This document shows, in pieces, positions 9,272 through 20,948 of a stretch of 46,405 nucleotides of DNA. The first letter of the stretch is position 1; every line of letters starts with the position of its first letter. The translations under genes were made by a program, and so were the position numbers. Origin of the DNA: Candidatus Moraniibacteriota bacterium (GTDB taxonomy: Bacteria; Patescibacteriota; Minisyncoccia; CAIUEV01; JAHKAQ01); the NCBI GenBank assembly GCA_014729445.1, contig WJJX01000108.1, positions 1 through 46,405 on the forward strand. Reading direction: 5' to 3'. The notes beneath the pieces were generated by a model. That model saw nothing but the letters and a program-made list of their open reading frames with translations, did not search any database and was not told where the DNA came from.

Positions 9272-9658
9272 TTAAACTTTATTTACCAACATTAAAGCTA
9301 TCACCGCAATAAGCAGTATTATATTAAAAATCAACGAGGTGGCCAACAGGATCTTTGAACCAGCCAGATATCTCTTTTCCAGAGAAGAAGCCAAAGAACC
9401 GTTCAGCAAAATCACAAAAAATCCCAGCAAAGGAAGCGCGTAAATATTCTTTTTCTCTCCCTCAAGGATAACCCCAAAATAAGCATTATATTTCAAAATA
9501 ACCGGATTAATAAGGGATGAGGATTTGGCAAATATAAACAACCAAATAATAAAATTAAGAATCAAGGAAGCGATTAAGTAGAATCTTACATAGCTGTCCT
9601 TAAAAAAATTCTCTCTAACAATGTTTTTTTGATTATTGCTTTTAGTCTCCATCACCAT
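9272..9658 (-). CDS. Small 3-4 TM membrane protein
   Basis: 128 aa hydrophobic ORF. It lies 8 nt upstream of the GT2 gene and overlaps the wHTH gene by 7 nt. Confidence 0.5.
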   Translation of the reverse strand: MVMETKSNNQKNIVRENFFKDSYVRFYLIASLILNFIIWLFIFAKSSSLINPVILKYNAYFGVILEGEKKNIYALPLLGFFVILLNGSLASSLEKRYLAGSKILLATSLIFNIILLIAVIALMLVNKV

Positions 9659-10263
9659 AGTCTTAAATTTCTCCTCTTTACCATATTCTTCTTTTCCTGA
9701 ATTCTGTCAATAATGACAATATTTTTCTCGTCTATGATATCTTTGACAAACTTGTCCAATAAATCCAGCCTATAGATCAATTCCGCTGTCTCCATAAAGC
9801 TATAATTGATCTCCCGACCGGCGTCGGCTTCAATAATAGAGATAATTTTTTCCAATTTCGGCCTGTCCAGATCATCGCCCACCAAAAAAAAATCCACGAT
9901 CGTTTTCTTGCTTCCGACAAAAACCCCGGAAAAAGCGGCATAAGTTATCCCTCCCAACTCGTTAATCGCCTTTACCGCGTCGCTGCTTGGATTAATACTG
10001 CATCTGGCGATTAAAGCCTTTAATTCAGAATACAAATCCCAATTTTGATCTACACTGTAACTGACCTCATCTACCGCCAATTTGGTTTTCACCAGTCCGT
10101 ATTCAATCATCTTTTTAAGTTCCCGCTGAAGAGTTTTCTTATTAAGCCCGGTTCTTTTTGAAAAATCATCAAGAGTTAAACTAATTCCCTCGTTAAAAAT
10201 CAAGGTTTTTAACAATCTAAGTTTTGTTTTTGATGCAAAAAGATACTCCAAGGGGTCTTTCAT
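9652..10263 (-). CDS. Winged-helix DNA-binding protein (ArsR/MarR-like N-terminus), function unknown
   Basis: 203 aa. The N-terminal LRLLKTLIFNEGISLTLDDFSKRTGLNKKTLQRELKKMIEYGLV looks like a wHTH. The C-terminal half is uncharacterised. Confidence 0.5.
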   Translation of the reverse strand: MKDPLEYLFASKTKLRLLKTLIFNEGISLTLDDFSKRTGLNKKTLQRELKKMIEYGLVKTKLAVDEVSYSVDQNWDLYSELKALIARCSINPSSDAVKAINELGGITYAAFSGVFVGSKKTIVDFFLVGDDLDRPKLEKIISIIEADAGREINYSFMETAELIYRLDLLDKFVKDIIDEKNIVIIDRIQEKKNMVKRRNLRLW

Positions 10264-10329
10264 TGATAATATTTATTTTGATATTTTCTTTTTTTGATGC
10301 CGGGTTTTCCCCAAAAATTTAGGCAAAAC

Positions 10330-13300
10330 CTATTCCGGTTTTAAAATTTCCTTATCATAACCGGTACCCGCTGGAATTAATTTACCAAGAATCACATTTT
10401 CCTTCAAACCTCTTAAATGATCGACTTTGCCCAAAAGAGAAGCTTTAATAAGAACCTGAGCCGTATGCATAAACGAAGCCGCCGACAGAAAACTGTCTGT
10501 CGACAAAGAAACTTTGGTTATTCCCAGAATCATCCGCTCAATTTTCGCCGGTTTGTGACCCTTGGCAGTAATATCTTTATTAATTTCTTCGGCAATATTC
10601 AATTCTATAATATCTCCGGTAATCAAATCCGTATCTCCCGGATCGACCACTTTGACTCTGGAAAACATCTGCCTAATGATAATTTCAATATGTTTATCGT
10701 CAATGCTTTCGCCTTGAGACGCATATACTTCTTGGATTTCCTTGATAATATACCTATGAACTTCTCTAATGCCGGAAAGCTTAAAGAGCTTCTTTAAATC
10801 AATATGACCGGAAACCAATTGCTGGCCTTTATAGACCAAGTCGCCCTTATTCACTAAATTAACCACATTTGAGGCAACGGTATAAACCTTTGAGTCGCTT
10901 TTGGGTTTATCGGGCGTAATAACTATTTGTTTTTGATTTCCCTCTTCCGTTATTTCTTTGACTTTGCCGTCAATTTCGGAAATTACGGCTTCTCCTTTCG
11001 GAAATCTGGCCTCAAAAATTTCTTCAACCCTGGGCAGACCGGAGACTATATCTTCCCCCGCCACTCCACCGGCGTGAAAAGTCCTCATGGTTAACTGAGT
11101 GCCGGGCTCTCCGATAGACTGAGCCGCAATGACACCAACTGCCTGGCCCAACTTAACCAGTTCGTTCTTACCCAAATCATGACCGTAACATTTCCTGCAA
11201 ATCCCTTTAGGACTTTTACAATAAACCGCCGACCTAATCTCGATTTGCTCGATCTTGGCTTGATCGATCTTTTCAGCGGCGCTCTTTGTTATCATTTCTC
11301 CCGCCTTGACTATCAATTGTTTACTTTTGGGATCAATTATATCTTTTAAAGCGATTCTCCCTTCCAGTCTAAAAGCAAAATCAGAACCGACCGCTTCAGA
11401 ATCCTCTCTATATAAAACCGCTCCCTCTAAAGTAGCGCAGTCGTCTTCTGAAATAATCACATCTTGAGCCACGTCAACCAGTCTTCTGGTCAAATAGCCG
11501 GCCGTAGCCGTCCTTAAAGCGGTATCTGCCATTCCTTTTCGGGCGCCGTGAGAGGAATTAAAATACTCCAGAACGTTTAAACCCTCCTTAAAACTATCTC
11601 TAACAGGCAACTCGATAATATCACCTTTAGGATTAGCCATTAATCCTCTCATTCCCATTAACTGAACCAGCACCGACATCGAACCCCTGGCTCCGGAGTT
11701 TACCATGGTATAAACCGGGCCTTCTCTGTCGATATGCTTTTCGACTTCCTCCGCAATTTTATCTCTGCACTCATTCCAGATCGAAATTACCTGAGCTTTC
11801 CTTTCATCGTCAGTTAACAAGCCCATATCATATTGGCCGTCGACTTCATTTATCTTAGACGCGGCCTCTTTAATGATCCTCTTTTTGGATTTGGGAACCT
11901 GCAGATTGTTCATACCCCAGGAAATTCCGGATTTAGTGGCATAAGCGAAACCAAGATCTTTTAAGTTATCAACCAATTTTGCGATTTCCGCCATTCCAAC
12001 AAACCGGAAAGCCTTTGAAATAGTTTGCTTCAATGCCTTTTTATTCAACACCTTGTTAACAAAACCAATTTCTTTGGGTAATATTCGATTAACCAAAATT
12101 CTGCCGACACAAGTCTCGATAATTTCATTATCCTCGGTTTGAACCTCGATTTTTTCTCTTACACCGATTTTCCCCATTTCATATAAAATCACCGCCTGAT
12201 CAAATGAAGCGATTTTTTTAACCTTGGCGCCCTTTTTGTTCTCGTTCATATCGGTCATATAATAGATTCCAAGCACAATGTCCAAAGTGGGAATAGCAAT
12301 CGGTTCTCCGGTTGAGGGTTTTAAGATATTATTTCTGGAAACCATTATATCTTTAGCTTCAATTCTGGCTTCTTTAGTCAAAGGCAAATGAACCGCCATT
12401 TGATCACCGTCAAAATCGGCGTTAAAAGCGGCGCAGACCAAAGGATGAACCCTTATCGCTTTCCCTTCGATAAGAACGGGCTGAAAAGCCTGAATCCCTA
12501 ATCGGTGAAGGGTTGGGGCTCTGTTTAATAAAACATAATGATCTTTGATTACCTCTTCCAATATCTCATAAGCCTCCGTAGCCTCCTGTTCCACTAATCG
12601 GCCGGCGCTTCTCACATTATGAGCCAAGCCCCGCTTGATTAGTTTTTCAATGATAAAAGGTTTATACAACTCCAAAGCCATTTTCTTGGGCAAACCACAC
12701 TGATCGATTTTTAAATCCGCGCCCACCACAATTACCGACCTTCCGGAATAATCGACTCTTTTTCCCAGCAAATTCTGCCTAAATCTTCCCTGTTTGCCTT
12801 TAAGCATATCGGCTAAAGATTTCAAAGGCCTTCGCTGGCCCGTCGAGGCTAAAACCGAAACCTGGCTGCGTCTGGCTGAATTATCAAACAGGGCGTCAAC
12901 CGCCTCTTGAAGCATCCTTTTTTCGTTTCGACAAATCACTTCCGGAGCGCCAATCAACAAAAGTTTCTTTAATCTATTGTTTCTATTGATAATTCTTCTA
13001 TACAAATCATTTAAATCCGAAGTCGCATACCTTCCCCCGTCCAACTGAACCATCGGCCGCAAATCCGGCGGAATAACCGGAACCACCATTGCCAGCATCC
13101 ACTCCGGTCTAATCCCGGCTTTATTCATTCCTTTAATAATTCTTAATCTTCGCATTAACTTTTTTTTATCAATGCCCTTTGTGTCGGCCTTCAGTAAAGC
13201 GTCAATCCTTTTTACTTCCGTCTCCAAATCCATCCTCTGCAAAAGCTTCTGGATGGCCTCGGCTCCGATTCCGGCCTCAAACACATGCCCGTATTTTAAA

Positions 13301-13926
13301 GAAATTTTTCTGTATTCATTCTCGGAAATAACCAGCTTGGGCTTTAAAGAATTGATAATATCCTTGGATTGCTTTTTGCTTTCTCTTACTTCCTCAATTA
13401 TTTTCTTCAATTCCTTGGTATCTTTCATTTCCTTTTTAAGCTCCTTGACTTTGGTTTTATATTCTCTTTCAATTTGATCCAATACCTCTTTTTTAGCTTC
13501 CTCGTTGACTTCAATAATTACATAACTCGCAAAGTAAACAACCTTTTCAAGATCGCTCGAAGTCATATCAAGCAATAATCCGATTCGGGAAGGCGTTCCT
13601 TTTAAATACCAGATATGAGCAACGGGTACCGCCAAAGAAATGTGTCCCATTCTTTCTCTTCTAACAATACTCCTGGTTACCTCGACACCGCATTTATCGC
13701 AGACCACGCCTTTATATCTTATCCTCTTATACTTTCCACAGTAGCATTCCCAATCCTTGCTGGGACCAAAAATTTTTTCGCAAAACAAACCGTCTTTTTC
13801 ATATCTTTGAGTTCTGTAATTAATGGTTTCCGGTTTCAAAACTTCTCCATGGGACCAGCTTAAAATCTCCTCGCTGGAAGCCAATTGAAGTTTTACCGCT
13901 TTAAAATCGCTAACTTTTTGAGACAT
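10330..13926 (-). CDS. rpoC: DNA-directed RNA polymerase subunit beta prime
   Basis: 1198 aa. It has an N-terminal zinc-binding CYCGKYK...CDKCGVEV and the catalytic [12 protein letters not shown] motif. It follows rpoB. Confidence 0.98.
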   Translation of the reverse strand: MSQKVSDFKAVKLQLASSEEILSWSHGEVLKPETINYRTQRYEKDGLFCEKIFGPSKDWECYCGKYKRIRYKGVVCDKCGVEVTRSIVRRERMGHISLAVPVAHIWYLKGTPSRIGLLLDMTSSDLEKVVYFASYVIIEVNEEAKKEVLDQIEREYKTKVKELKKEMKDTKELKKIIEEVRESKKQSKDIINSLKPKLVISENEYRKISLKYGHVFEAGIGAEAIQKLLQRMDLETEVKRIDALLKADTKGIDKKKLMRRLRIIKGMNKAGIRPEWMLAMVVPVIPPDLRPMVQLDGGRYATSDLNDLYRRIINRNNRLKKLLLIGAPEVICRNEKRMLQEAVDALFDNSARRSQVSVLASTGQRRPLKSLADMLKGKQGRFRQNLLGKRVDYSGRSVIVVGADLKIDQCGLPKKMALELYKPFIIEKLIKRGLAHNVRSAGRLVEQEATEAYEILEEVIKDHYVLLNRAPTLHRLGIQAFQPVLIEGKAIRVHPLVCAAFNADFDGDQMAVHLPLTKEARIEAKDIMVSRNNILKPSTGEPIAIPTLDIVLGIYYMTDMNENKKGAKVKKIASFDQAVILYEMGKIGVREKIEVQTEDNEIIETCVGRILVNRILPKEIGFVNKVLNKKALKQTISKAFRFVGMAEIAKLVDNLKDLGFAYATKSGISWGMNNLQVPKSKKRIIKEAASKINEVDGQYDMGLLTDDERKAQVISIWNECRDKIAEEVEKHIDREGPVYTMVNSGARGSMSVLVQLMGMRGLMANPKGDIIELPVRDSFKEGLNVLEYFNSSHGARKGMADTALRTATAGYLTRRLVDVAQDVIISEDDCATLEGAVLYREDSEAVGSDFAFRLEGRIALKDIIDPKSKQLIVKAGEMITKSAAEKIDQAKIEQIEIRSAVYCKSPKGICRKCYGHDLGKNELVKLGQAVGVIAAQSIGEPGTQLTMRTFHAGGVAGEDIVSGLPRVEEIFEARFPKGEAVISEIDGKVKEITEEGNQKQIVITPDKPKSDSKVYTVASNVVNLVNKGDLVYKGQQLVSGHIDLKKLFKLSGIREVHRYIIKEIQEVYASQGESIDDKHIEIIIRQMFSRVKVVDPGDTDLITGDIIELNIAEEINKDITAKGHKPAKIERMILGITKVSLSTDSFLSAASFMHTAQVLIKASLLGKVDHLRGLKENVILGKLIPAGTGYDKEILKPE

Positions 13927-13960
13927 ATTGTTATAAATTTAAAAATTTTATCTTGGAAGT

Positions 13961-16900
13961 TTATTTATCCTCTTCCCGCGAAAGGTCTTCATCGTCCAAT
14001 AATTTAACGTTCAATCCCAATCCCTTCATTTCATTGATTAAAACCTGCAGGGAAGTCGGAGCATTAGGCTTAGGGATTATATCACCCTTGACAATCGCCT
14101 CATAAGCCTTACTCCTGCCCAAAACATCGTCGGATTTCAAGGTTAAAATTTCCTGCAAACTATGGGCCGAGCCGTAAGCTTCCAGAGCCCAGACTTCCAT
14201 CTCTCCAAATCTCTGGCCTCCAAATTGAGCTTTTCCGCCTAAAGGCTGCTGAGTTATTAAAGAATAAGGACCAATTGAACGCATATGAATTTTATCTTCC
14301 ACCAAATGATGCAGTTTCATAATATACATTATGCCGACCGTACTTTTATCTTCAAAAGGCTCGCCGGTAACTCCATCAATCAAAGTGATTTTACCGTCTT
14401 GCGGCAAACCGGCCTTTTTGAGTTCTCTGGCTATCTGCTCTTCTGTCACTCCTCCAAGCACCGGAGAGGCCACTTTATAACCCAAAGCTTGAGCGGCCCA
14501 ACCCAAATGAGTCTCCAAAATTTGACCGATATTCATCCTGGAAGCCAAACCCAGAGGATTTAAAACAACATCCACCGGTGTACCGTCAGGCAGATGCGGC
14601 ATATCCTCTCTTGGAACAATTCGAGCAATTACACCTTTATTTCCGTGTCTGCCGGCTAATTTATCTCCGGCCTGAATTTTTCTTAATTGAGCCAAAGTAA
14701 CTTGAACCTGTTTCATCACTCCGGAAGGCAATTTGTCGCCCTGCTCTCTGGAAAAAATCTTAATCCCGACCACTTTCTTTTTTTCTCCATTCGGCATATA
14801 AAGCGAACTGTCTTTAATATCTCTTGATTTATCGCCAAAAATAGCTCTTAAAAGTCTCTCCTCAGAAGTAAGATCACTCTCTCCTTTGGGGGTGATTTTA
14901 CCAACCAAAATATCTCCGGCCGAGACTTCGGCTCCGATTCGAACAATGCCCTCCTCATCCAAATTTTTCAATCTGTCTTCACCGATATTCGGAATGTCTC
15001 GGGTGACAATTTCAGGACCCAAACGGGTATCGCGAACATCCACTATCAAATCCTCAATATGTATGGAACTATATTTATCTTCATGCAGCAGTCTTTCGTT
15101 TAAAATAATCGCGTCCTCGAAATTATATCCTCTCCAGGAGGTAAAAGCCACCAAAACATTCTGGCCCAAAGCCAGTTCCCCGTTTTCCGTGGAAGCTCCA
15201 TCGGCCAACAACTGGCCTTTTTTTACCTTTTCGCCTTTACTCAGCGCCGGAATTTGATTAATACAGGTAAAAGCATTGGATTTAGCAAAGGTCAACAAAT
15301 CATAATGCCTTATTTTATTTTTCGATTTAACCACTATATGATCGGCATCCACTTCAGTCACCTCTCCGGCTTCCTCGGCCAAAACAACCTGACCTGAATC
15401 GGCGGCCGCCTTATCCTCAATTCCGGTTCCCACAATCGGAGCCTCTGGTTTGATACAAGAAACCGCTTGACGCTGCATATTTGAGCCCATTAAAGCCCGG
15501 TTGGCATCGTCATGTTCCAAAAAGGGAATCAAAGAAGTCGCGATACTGACAATTTGTTTGGGCGAGATATCAATATAATGCGCATCTTTGGCATCAATTA
15601 AAGCCGGATCACCCTTGACTCTGGCCTGAACTTTGTCTTTTAAAAAATAACCCTTCTTATCTATCGGCGTCCCAGCTTGAACAATACTGTATTTTTCCTC
15701 TTCAGAAGCCGTCAGATAATCGACCTGATCCGTTATCTTAACTTTACCGTTTTTTTCCTTTTTAATTTTTCGATAAGGCGTTTCCAGAAAACCGTAATCA
15801 TTCACTCTGGCATAACAGGACAAATGCGTCACCAAACCGATATTCGGACCTTCCGGGGTCTGAATCGGACAGATTCTTCCGTAATGGCTTGTATGCACAT
15901 CCCGGACTTCAAAACTGGCTCTTTCTCTGGTTAATCCGCCCGGCCCCATCGCCGAAAGTCTTCTTTTATGCTCCAATTCAGCCAAGGGATTAACATGATC
16001 CATATATTGAGAAAGCTGCGAACTGGCGAAAAATTCCTTTACCACAGCCGCCACCGGTCTTGAATTAATAAGCTGGCCCGGCATTACGGTCTCCAAATCA
16101 CAGGTGCTCATCCGATCTTTGATATTTCTTTCCATTCTGGCAAAACCAACTCTTAATTTTGCCTGAACCAATTCTCCGACCGATCTTACTCTTCGATTTC
16201 CCAAATGATCAATATCATCAGGCTTGGATTTTGGATCATTATTCAGTCTGATAATTTCTCTAACCGTATTTATGATATCGTCCTTACTTAAAACCATATT
16301 TTCCTTTTTGTCTGCTACCTTCATCTTCAGTCTCACGTTCATTCTATATCTCCCCACTCTTGAAATATCATAATAATCAGGATTAAAAAGCATTCCATCA
16401 ATCATCTGCTTGGCGTTTTCTTCGGTCGCCATATCTCCGGGGCGAATCCTTTTATAAACTTCCTTATAACCCTCGCCCTGATTTTTGGCAATATCCTTTT
16501 TCAGGGTTTCCTCTATATACTGAACTTCTCCCTTATCTATATCCGCAAAAGTTTTTTTGATTTCTTTATCGGTTAAAAAGCCAAAGATTCTAATCAAGGC
16601 CGTAACCGGAACCTTTCTTTTTCGATCAATTTTTACCGAAATCACCCCATTATTATCGGTTTCAAACTCAAGCCAGGCGCCTCTATTGGGGATCAATTTC
16701 GCCCCAAACAGTTTCTTGCCTTTAAATTGCCTCATGGTAAAAAACACTCCCGCCGATCTTATCAACTGGGAAACCACTACTCTTTCCACTCCGTTAATTA
16801 TAAAAGTTCCGCTCTTGGTCATAAGCGGAAACTCGCCCAAATAAATTTCCTGTTCCGTATCTTTTTTGGTATGTTTATTACTAAGTTTAACTCTTACTCT

Positions 16901-17209
16901 AATGGGCGCCTCAAAGGATATATTCTTTTGCTTGCTGGTCCTTTCGTCATATTTAGGCTCGTCCAAATAATAACTCAAAAAGGAGAGATCCAAATTCTTC
17001 CCGGTATAATCACTAATCGGAGATATTTCCTCCAACAACTCCTGAATACCCTGATTGACAAGCCATTGATAAGAGTGGTCTTGGATTTCAATCAGATTAG
17101 GCAGAGAATAAACTTTACCGATATCGTTTAAAAATTTTCTTTTTGAAAAGCTGGAATTGGTGCTGAAGTCGGATCTCAATTTCTGTTGTTTTGAATTGAT
17201 TTTTTTCAT
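13961..17209 (-). CDS. rpoB: DNA-directed RNA polymerase subunit beta
   Basis: 1082 aa with conserved segments GRHGNKGVIARIVP, FGEMEVWALEAYGA-like (FGEMEVWALEAYGSAH) and SQLSQYMD. Confidence 0.98.
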   Translation of the reverse strand: MKKINSKQQKLRSDFSTNSSFSKRKFLNDIGKVYSLPNLIEIQDHSYQWLVNQGIQELLEEISPISDYTGKNLDLSFLSYYLDEPKYDERTSKQKNISFEAPIRVRVKLSNKHTKKDTEQEIYLGEFPLMTKSGTFIINGVERVVVSQLIRSAGVFFTMRQFKGKKLFGAKLIPNRGAWLEFETDNNGVISVKIDRKRKVPVTALIRIFGFLTDKEIKKTFADIDKGEVQYIEETLKKDIAKNQGEGYKEVYKRIRPGDMATEENAKQMIDGMLFNPDYYDISRVGRYRMNVRLKMKVADKKENMVLSKDDIINTVREIIRLNNDPKSKPDDIDHLGNRRVRSVGELVQAKLRVGFARMERNIKDRMSTCDLETVMPGQLINSRPVAAVVKEFFASSQLSQYMDHVNPLAELEHKRRLSAMGPGGLTRERASFEVRDVHTSHYGRICPIQTPEGPNIGLVTHLSCYARVNDYGFLETPYRKIKKEKNGKVKITDQVDYLTASEEEKYSIVQAGTPIDKKGYFLKDKVQARVKGDPALIDAKDAHYIDISPKQIVSIATSLIPFLEHDDANRALMGSNMQRQAVSCIKPEAPIVGTGIEDKAAADSGQVVLAEEAGEVTEVDADHIVVKSKNKIRHYDLLTFAKSNAFTCINQIPALSKGEKVKKGQLLADGASTENGELALGQNVLVAFTSWRGYNFEDAIILNERLLHEDKYSSIHIEDLIVDVRDTRLGPEIVTRDIPNIGEDRLKNLDEEGIVRIGAEVSAGDILVGKITPKGESDLTSEERLLRAIFGDKSRDIKDSSLYMPNGEKKKVVGIKIFSREQGDKLPSGVMKQVQVTLAQLRKIQAGDKLAGRHGNKGVIARIVPREDMPHLPDGTPVDVVLNPLGLASRMNIGQILETHLGWAAQALGYKVASPVLGGVTEEQIARELKKAGLPQDGKITLIDGVTGEPFEDKSTVGIMYIMKLHHLVEDKIHMRSIGPYSLITQQPLGGKAQFGGQRFGEMEVWALEAYGSAHSLQEILTLKSDDVLGRSKAYEAIVKGDIIPKPNAPTSLQVLINEMKGLGLNVKLLDDEDLSREEDK

Positions 17210-17385
17210 AAGAGCGCTTGATTAAAATGTTACTATCGATATATTTAAAAAATAACTCCTTTTTCAAAGCACTAAAAAACAAAACCACCTTACTTGGCTT
17301 TTGCAGTAATTTAAACAAAAACTAATTTTCTGTCTTCTTTGCTCTCATAAGCTCCAGGAAGAGTTTTTTAATTGTTGTAAATCTA

Positions 17386-17414
17386 AAGATAACATAGACA
17401 AAAAAACCTGTCAA
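17386..17414 (-). promoter_or_regulatory. Possible promoter upstream of rpoB
   Basis: The minus strand reads TTGACA (17409-17414), a 17 nt spacer, then TATCTT (17386-17391). The -10 element is weak. Confidence 0.3.
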
Positions 17415-17438
17415 CCTTAAAACACTTCATTATAACAC

Positions 17439-20252
17439 CTACAAAGACTTCTTCAAGTACCGCGCTGTATAGCTTATATTATCGAATCTTTTAACCAACT
17501 CTTCGGGGCTTCCCTCGGCGATTAATTTTCCTCCTTCTTTCCCGCCTTTGGGACCTAAATCGATAATCCAATCCGCACTTTTTATTATATCCAGATTATG
17601 CTCGATGACAAGCACCGTATTATCCTGATCCACCAACCGCTGAATGACCCCCAGGAGTTTTTTCACATCCTCAAAATGCAAACCGGTAGTCGGTTCATCT
17701 AAAATATAAAAAGTTTTCGAAGTCGATCGTTTAGCCAATTCCGAGGCCAACTTAACCCTTTGGGCCTCCCCGCCCGACAGAGTGGTCGCCGGCTGGCCGA
17801 GTTTAATATAGCCCAACCCAACGTCGGAAATAACTCTTAAAATATCCGATATTTGTGGAATCTCAGCAAAAAAATCGATCGCCTCGTCCACAGTCAAATC
17901 TAAAACATCGGCAATATTTTTGCCTTGATACAAAACATTCAAAGTTTCCCGCTTGTATCTTTTCCCCTTACATACATCACAAGGCAAATAGACATCGGGC
18001 AAAAATTGCATCTCCACTTTCAAATAACCTTCCCCTCTGCAGTTTTCACATCTTCCACCGTTTACATTAAAACTGAATCTGCCCGGACCGTAGCCTTTAA
18101 TTCTGGCATCCCTGGTGGCGGCAAACAAATCTCTTATGTGATTAAACACTTTGGTATAGGTAGCCGGATTGCTTCTGGGAGTTCTGCCAATCGGCGACTG
18201 ATCCACATTAATAACCTTGTCGATATAATTCAGCCCTTTAATCTCTTTATGGACTCCGGGCTGATCAAGGGATCGATAAAAATGTCTGGACAAGGCTTTA
18301 TAAATAACATCGTTAACCAAAGTGGATTTTCCTGAACCGGAAATTCCGGTTACACAAGTAAACAGCTCCAAAGGAATCCTAACGGTTAAATTTTTCAAAT
18401 TATTCTGAGAGGCTTGAACGACCGTCAGTCTTTTGTTTTTCGGCTTCCTCCTAATTTCGGGCACTTCGATTTGCTCCTTTTTAGTCAAATATTTAACCGT
18501 CAAAGATTCATCGCTCTTTAGCACTTCTTTCACCGGACCGTTTTCCACAATTTTACCCCCTTGATCTCCGGCTCCCGGCCCCACATCTACAATCCAGTCG
18601 CTTTGCAGCATCGTTTCCTCGTCATGCTCGATCACCATAACGGTATTGCCTAAATCCCTCAAATGCTTCAAAGTTCTTAAAAGTCTGTTATTATCCTTAG
18701 CATGCAGACCAATCGAGGGTTCATCCAAAATATAAATCACCCCCACTAAAGCGGCCCCCACCTGGCTGGCTAATCTAATCCGCTGGCTCTCACCACCCGA
18801 CAAAGTAATCGCGCTTCGATCCAAAGTCAAATATTCCAGACCAACGTTTTTTAAAAAACTCAAGCGATTCAAAACCTCTTTAATCACCCTTGCGGCAATT
18901 ATCCTCTGACTTTTTGTCAATTCCAGACCCCCAAAAAAATCTATTGCCTCTAAGATCGATAAACCGGTAATTTCGCTTATATTTTTACCGCCGATTTTTA
19001 TCAGCAGACTTTCCTCTTTCAGCCGGGCTCCCAAACATCGCCGGCATTTGGTTTCAAGCATATACTTTTGAATTTCCTTTCTAATCTTATCGGATTCTGT
19101 TTCTTCATAACGTTTTTTAAGATACTTAATCAGGCCTCTAAAAGGCATCCGCCAAACCCGACCGCTACCCAGCCTGACTCTAATCTTAATCGGAATTTCC
19201 TCTCCATAAAGCAGTTTTTTAATTTTATGCTTGGCCACGTCTTTAATCCTGTCGTTGGGAGCAATTTTATACTCTCGGGCCGCAGCATTTATAATATGTC
19301 CATACCAATTATTACCCCTATAACTCCAGGGAAGAATTCCGCCTTCACCGATCGTCTTATTTTTGTCGGGAATAATCAAATCCTCACTTAATTCGAATTT
19401 TTTACCCAGGCCGTTGCATTCCGGACAAGCGCCATAAGGACTATTAAAGGAAAAACTTCGAGGCTCAATCTCCGAAAAACTGAAATTATCTTTCGAACAC
19501 ATCATCTCCTGATTATACAATTTTTCCTTCTTTTCTTGGCTCACTTTTACGATTCCCTTCGCCAACTTCAAAGCCATTTCCACCGAATCGTTGATTCGAT
19601 CTAAGTTCTTAGCATTAACCGGAACTTGATCAATCAATACCTCTATATTGTGCCTGGTATATCGATCCAAATCGATGAATTTATAACCGCTTAAATTTTT
19701 CTCCTCTCCGTTAATTAAAGCCAGATCATATCCCTGCTTATACAAATTCTCAAGTAAAGTTGAATATTCGCCTTTTTTCCCCCTGACAATCGGCGCGAAA
19801 ATTTTAACTTCCTGATTTTCCTTAAATTGAGCCACGATATCGTCAATTATCTCATCAACGGTCACCTTTTCAATCTTTTCTCCGCAAATGGGACAAAACG
19901 GCGTACCCACTTTGGCATACAAAAGCCTTAAGTAGTCGTAAATTTCCGTAATTGTCCCCACGGTTGATCTGGGATTGTGTCCAGTCGTTTTTTGATTAAT
20001 CGAAATGGTCGGACTCATGCCCTCCACCAAATCAACATCCGGCTTGTTCATCTGTCCCAAAAACTGCCGGGCATAACTACTCAAACTTTCCAGATACCGC
20101 CTTTGGCCCTCAGCAAAAATCGTATCAAAAGCCAAAGTCGACTTCCCCGACCCGGAAACTCCGGTTATTACAATAAATTTATCCCTGGGAAGCTTCAAGC
20201 TGACATTCTTCAAATTATGCTCCCGCGCCCCCCGAATCACAATTTCCTTCAT
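17439..20252 (-). CDS. uvrA: Excinuclease ABC subunit A
   Basis: 937 aa with two ABC ATPase modules (GVSGSGKST, GISGSGKST; LSGGESQR, LSGGEAQR) and CxxC zinc modules. Confidence 0.97.
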   Translation of the reverse strand: MKEIVIRGAREHNLKNVSLKLPRDKFIVITGVSGSGKSTLAFDTIFAEGQRRYLESLSSYARQFLGQMNKPDVDLVEGMSPTISINQKTTGHNPRSTVGTITEIYDYLRLLYAKVGTPFCPICGEKIEKVTVDEIIDDIVAQFKENQEVKIFAPIVRGKKGEYSTLLENLYKQGYDLALINGEEKNLSGYKFIDLDRYTRHNIEVLIDQVPVNAKNLDRINDSVEMALKLAKGIVKVSQEKKEKLYNQEMMCSKDNFSFSEIEPRSFSFNSPYGACPECNGLGKKFELSEDLIIPDKNKTIGEGGILPWSYRGNNWYGHIINAAAREYKIAPNDRIKDVAKHKIKKLLYGEEIPIKIRVRLGSGRVWRMPFRGLIKYLKKRYEETESDKIRKEIQKYMLETKCRRCLGARLKEESLLIKIGGKNISEITGLSILEAIDFFGGLELTKSQRIIAARVIKEVLNRLSFLKNVGLEYLTLDRSAITLSGGESQRIRLASQVGAALVGVIYILDEPSIGLHAKDNNRLLRTLKHLRDLGNTVMVIEHDEETMLQSDWIVDVGPGAGDQGGKIVENGPVKEVLKSDESLTVKYLTKKEQIEVPEIRRKPKNKRLTVVQASQNNLKNLTVRIPLELFTCVTGISGSGKSTLVNDVIYKALSRHFYRSLDQPGVHKEIKGLNYIDKVINVDQSPIGRTPRSNPATYTKVFNHIRDLFAATRDARIKGYGPGRFSFNVNGGRCENCRGEGYLKVEMQFLPDVYLPCDVCKGKRYKRETLNVLYQGKNIADVLDLTVDEAIDFFAEIPQISDILRVISDVGLGYIKLGQPATTLSGGEAQRVKLASELAKRSTSKTFYILDEPTTGLHFEDVKKLLGVIQRLVDQDNTVLVIEHNLDIIKSADWIIDLGPKGGKEGGKLIAEGSPEELVKRFDNISYTARYLKKSL

Positions 20253-20573
20253 TTAATCTTTTAGATTAGAAACTAAGAAGTAAGAATAAAGTTTAGCATA
20301 AAATTAGAAATTTCTCAATCGCACAAACCATTCTCTTTTATTCAATCAAAAGCATAAAAATAACCCTTTTTAAAGACCGGATAATATTTTTTGTTTAAAG
20401 TCCAAAGCTTTAAAGCATTATTATATTAAAGAATTCCTGTCCAATCCAAAGACTGATCATCCCCCTTGCTTCACACTTTCCAATGTTTTACAGTATTAAT
20501 ATAAAAGGCTAAAATAATAAGCCCGGTTATGAAAACAGAAAACAGGTCGATTAAATATTAAATTGTAACCCCG

Positions 20574-20927
20574 ATGAAAATAAAACTTTACCAAAACGGC
20601 ACTACAATAGACGAAAAACAAAAAAAACATTTTGACCAGAAACTAACCAAACTTGACAAATATCTAACCAATCCCAATATCACTATCGAATTGGAGATAG
20701 AAAAAGATAAAAAAGGCCTCTTTCGAGCTGAGATCCAAACCAAAATCCCGGGCCAAAGATATATAGGCGAAGAAGAGGGAACTACTCCCGAGGAAGCCTT
20801 TGATTTAGCTATCGAAAGTTTAAAAAATCAAATCAGAAGAGACAAAGAAAAAAGAAGAACCCTTCAAAAAAGGGCCAACTTGAGTATTAAGAAAAAAATG
20901 TCCATCGACGACAAAGCTCGATTCTAA
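20574..20927 (+). CDS. hpf: Ribosome hibernation-promoting factor / RaiA family (short form)
   Basis: 117 aa. The pattern MKIKLYQNG..IDEKQKKHFDQKLTKLDKYL....EIQTKIPG.....EEEGTTPEEAFDLAIESLKNQIRRDKEK matches the S30AE/HPF fold. Confidence 0.8.
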   Translation: MKIKLYQNGTTIDEKQKKHFDQKLTKLDKYLTNPNITIELEIEKDKKGLFRAEIQTKIPGQRYIGEEEGTTPEEAFDLAIESLKNQIRRDKEKRRTLQKRANLSIKKKMSIDDKARF

Positions 20928-20948
20928 AAACACCCCAAATTCTGTAAA

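Noticed and set aside
17115-17318. 67 aa ORF overlapping the rpoB start and upstream spacer.
   Set aside because: It overlaps the rpoB N-terminus out of frame, and its sequence is AT-rich and low-complexity.
20306-20315. Perfect 10 bp palindrome AGAAATTTCT in the uvrA upstream region, considered as a possible SOS/LexA-type operator.
   Set aside because: It matches neither the CTGT-N8-ACAG nor the GAAC-N4-GTTC box. Ten-bp AT-rich palindromes are expected many times by chance in 46 kb.
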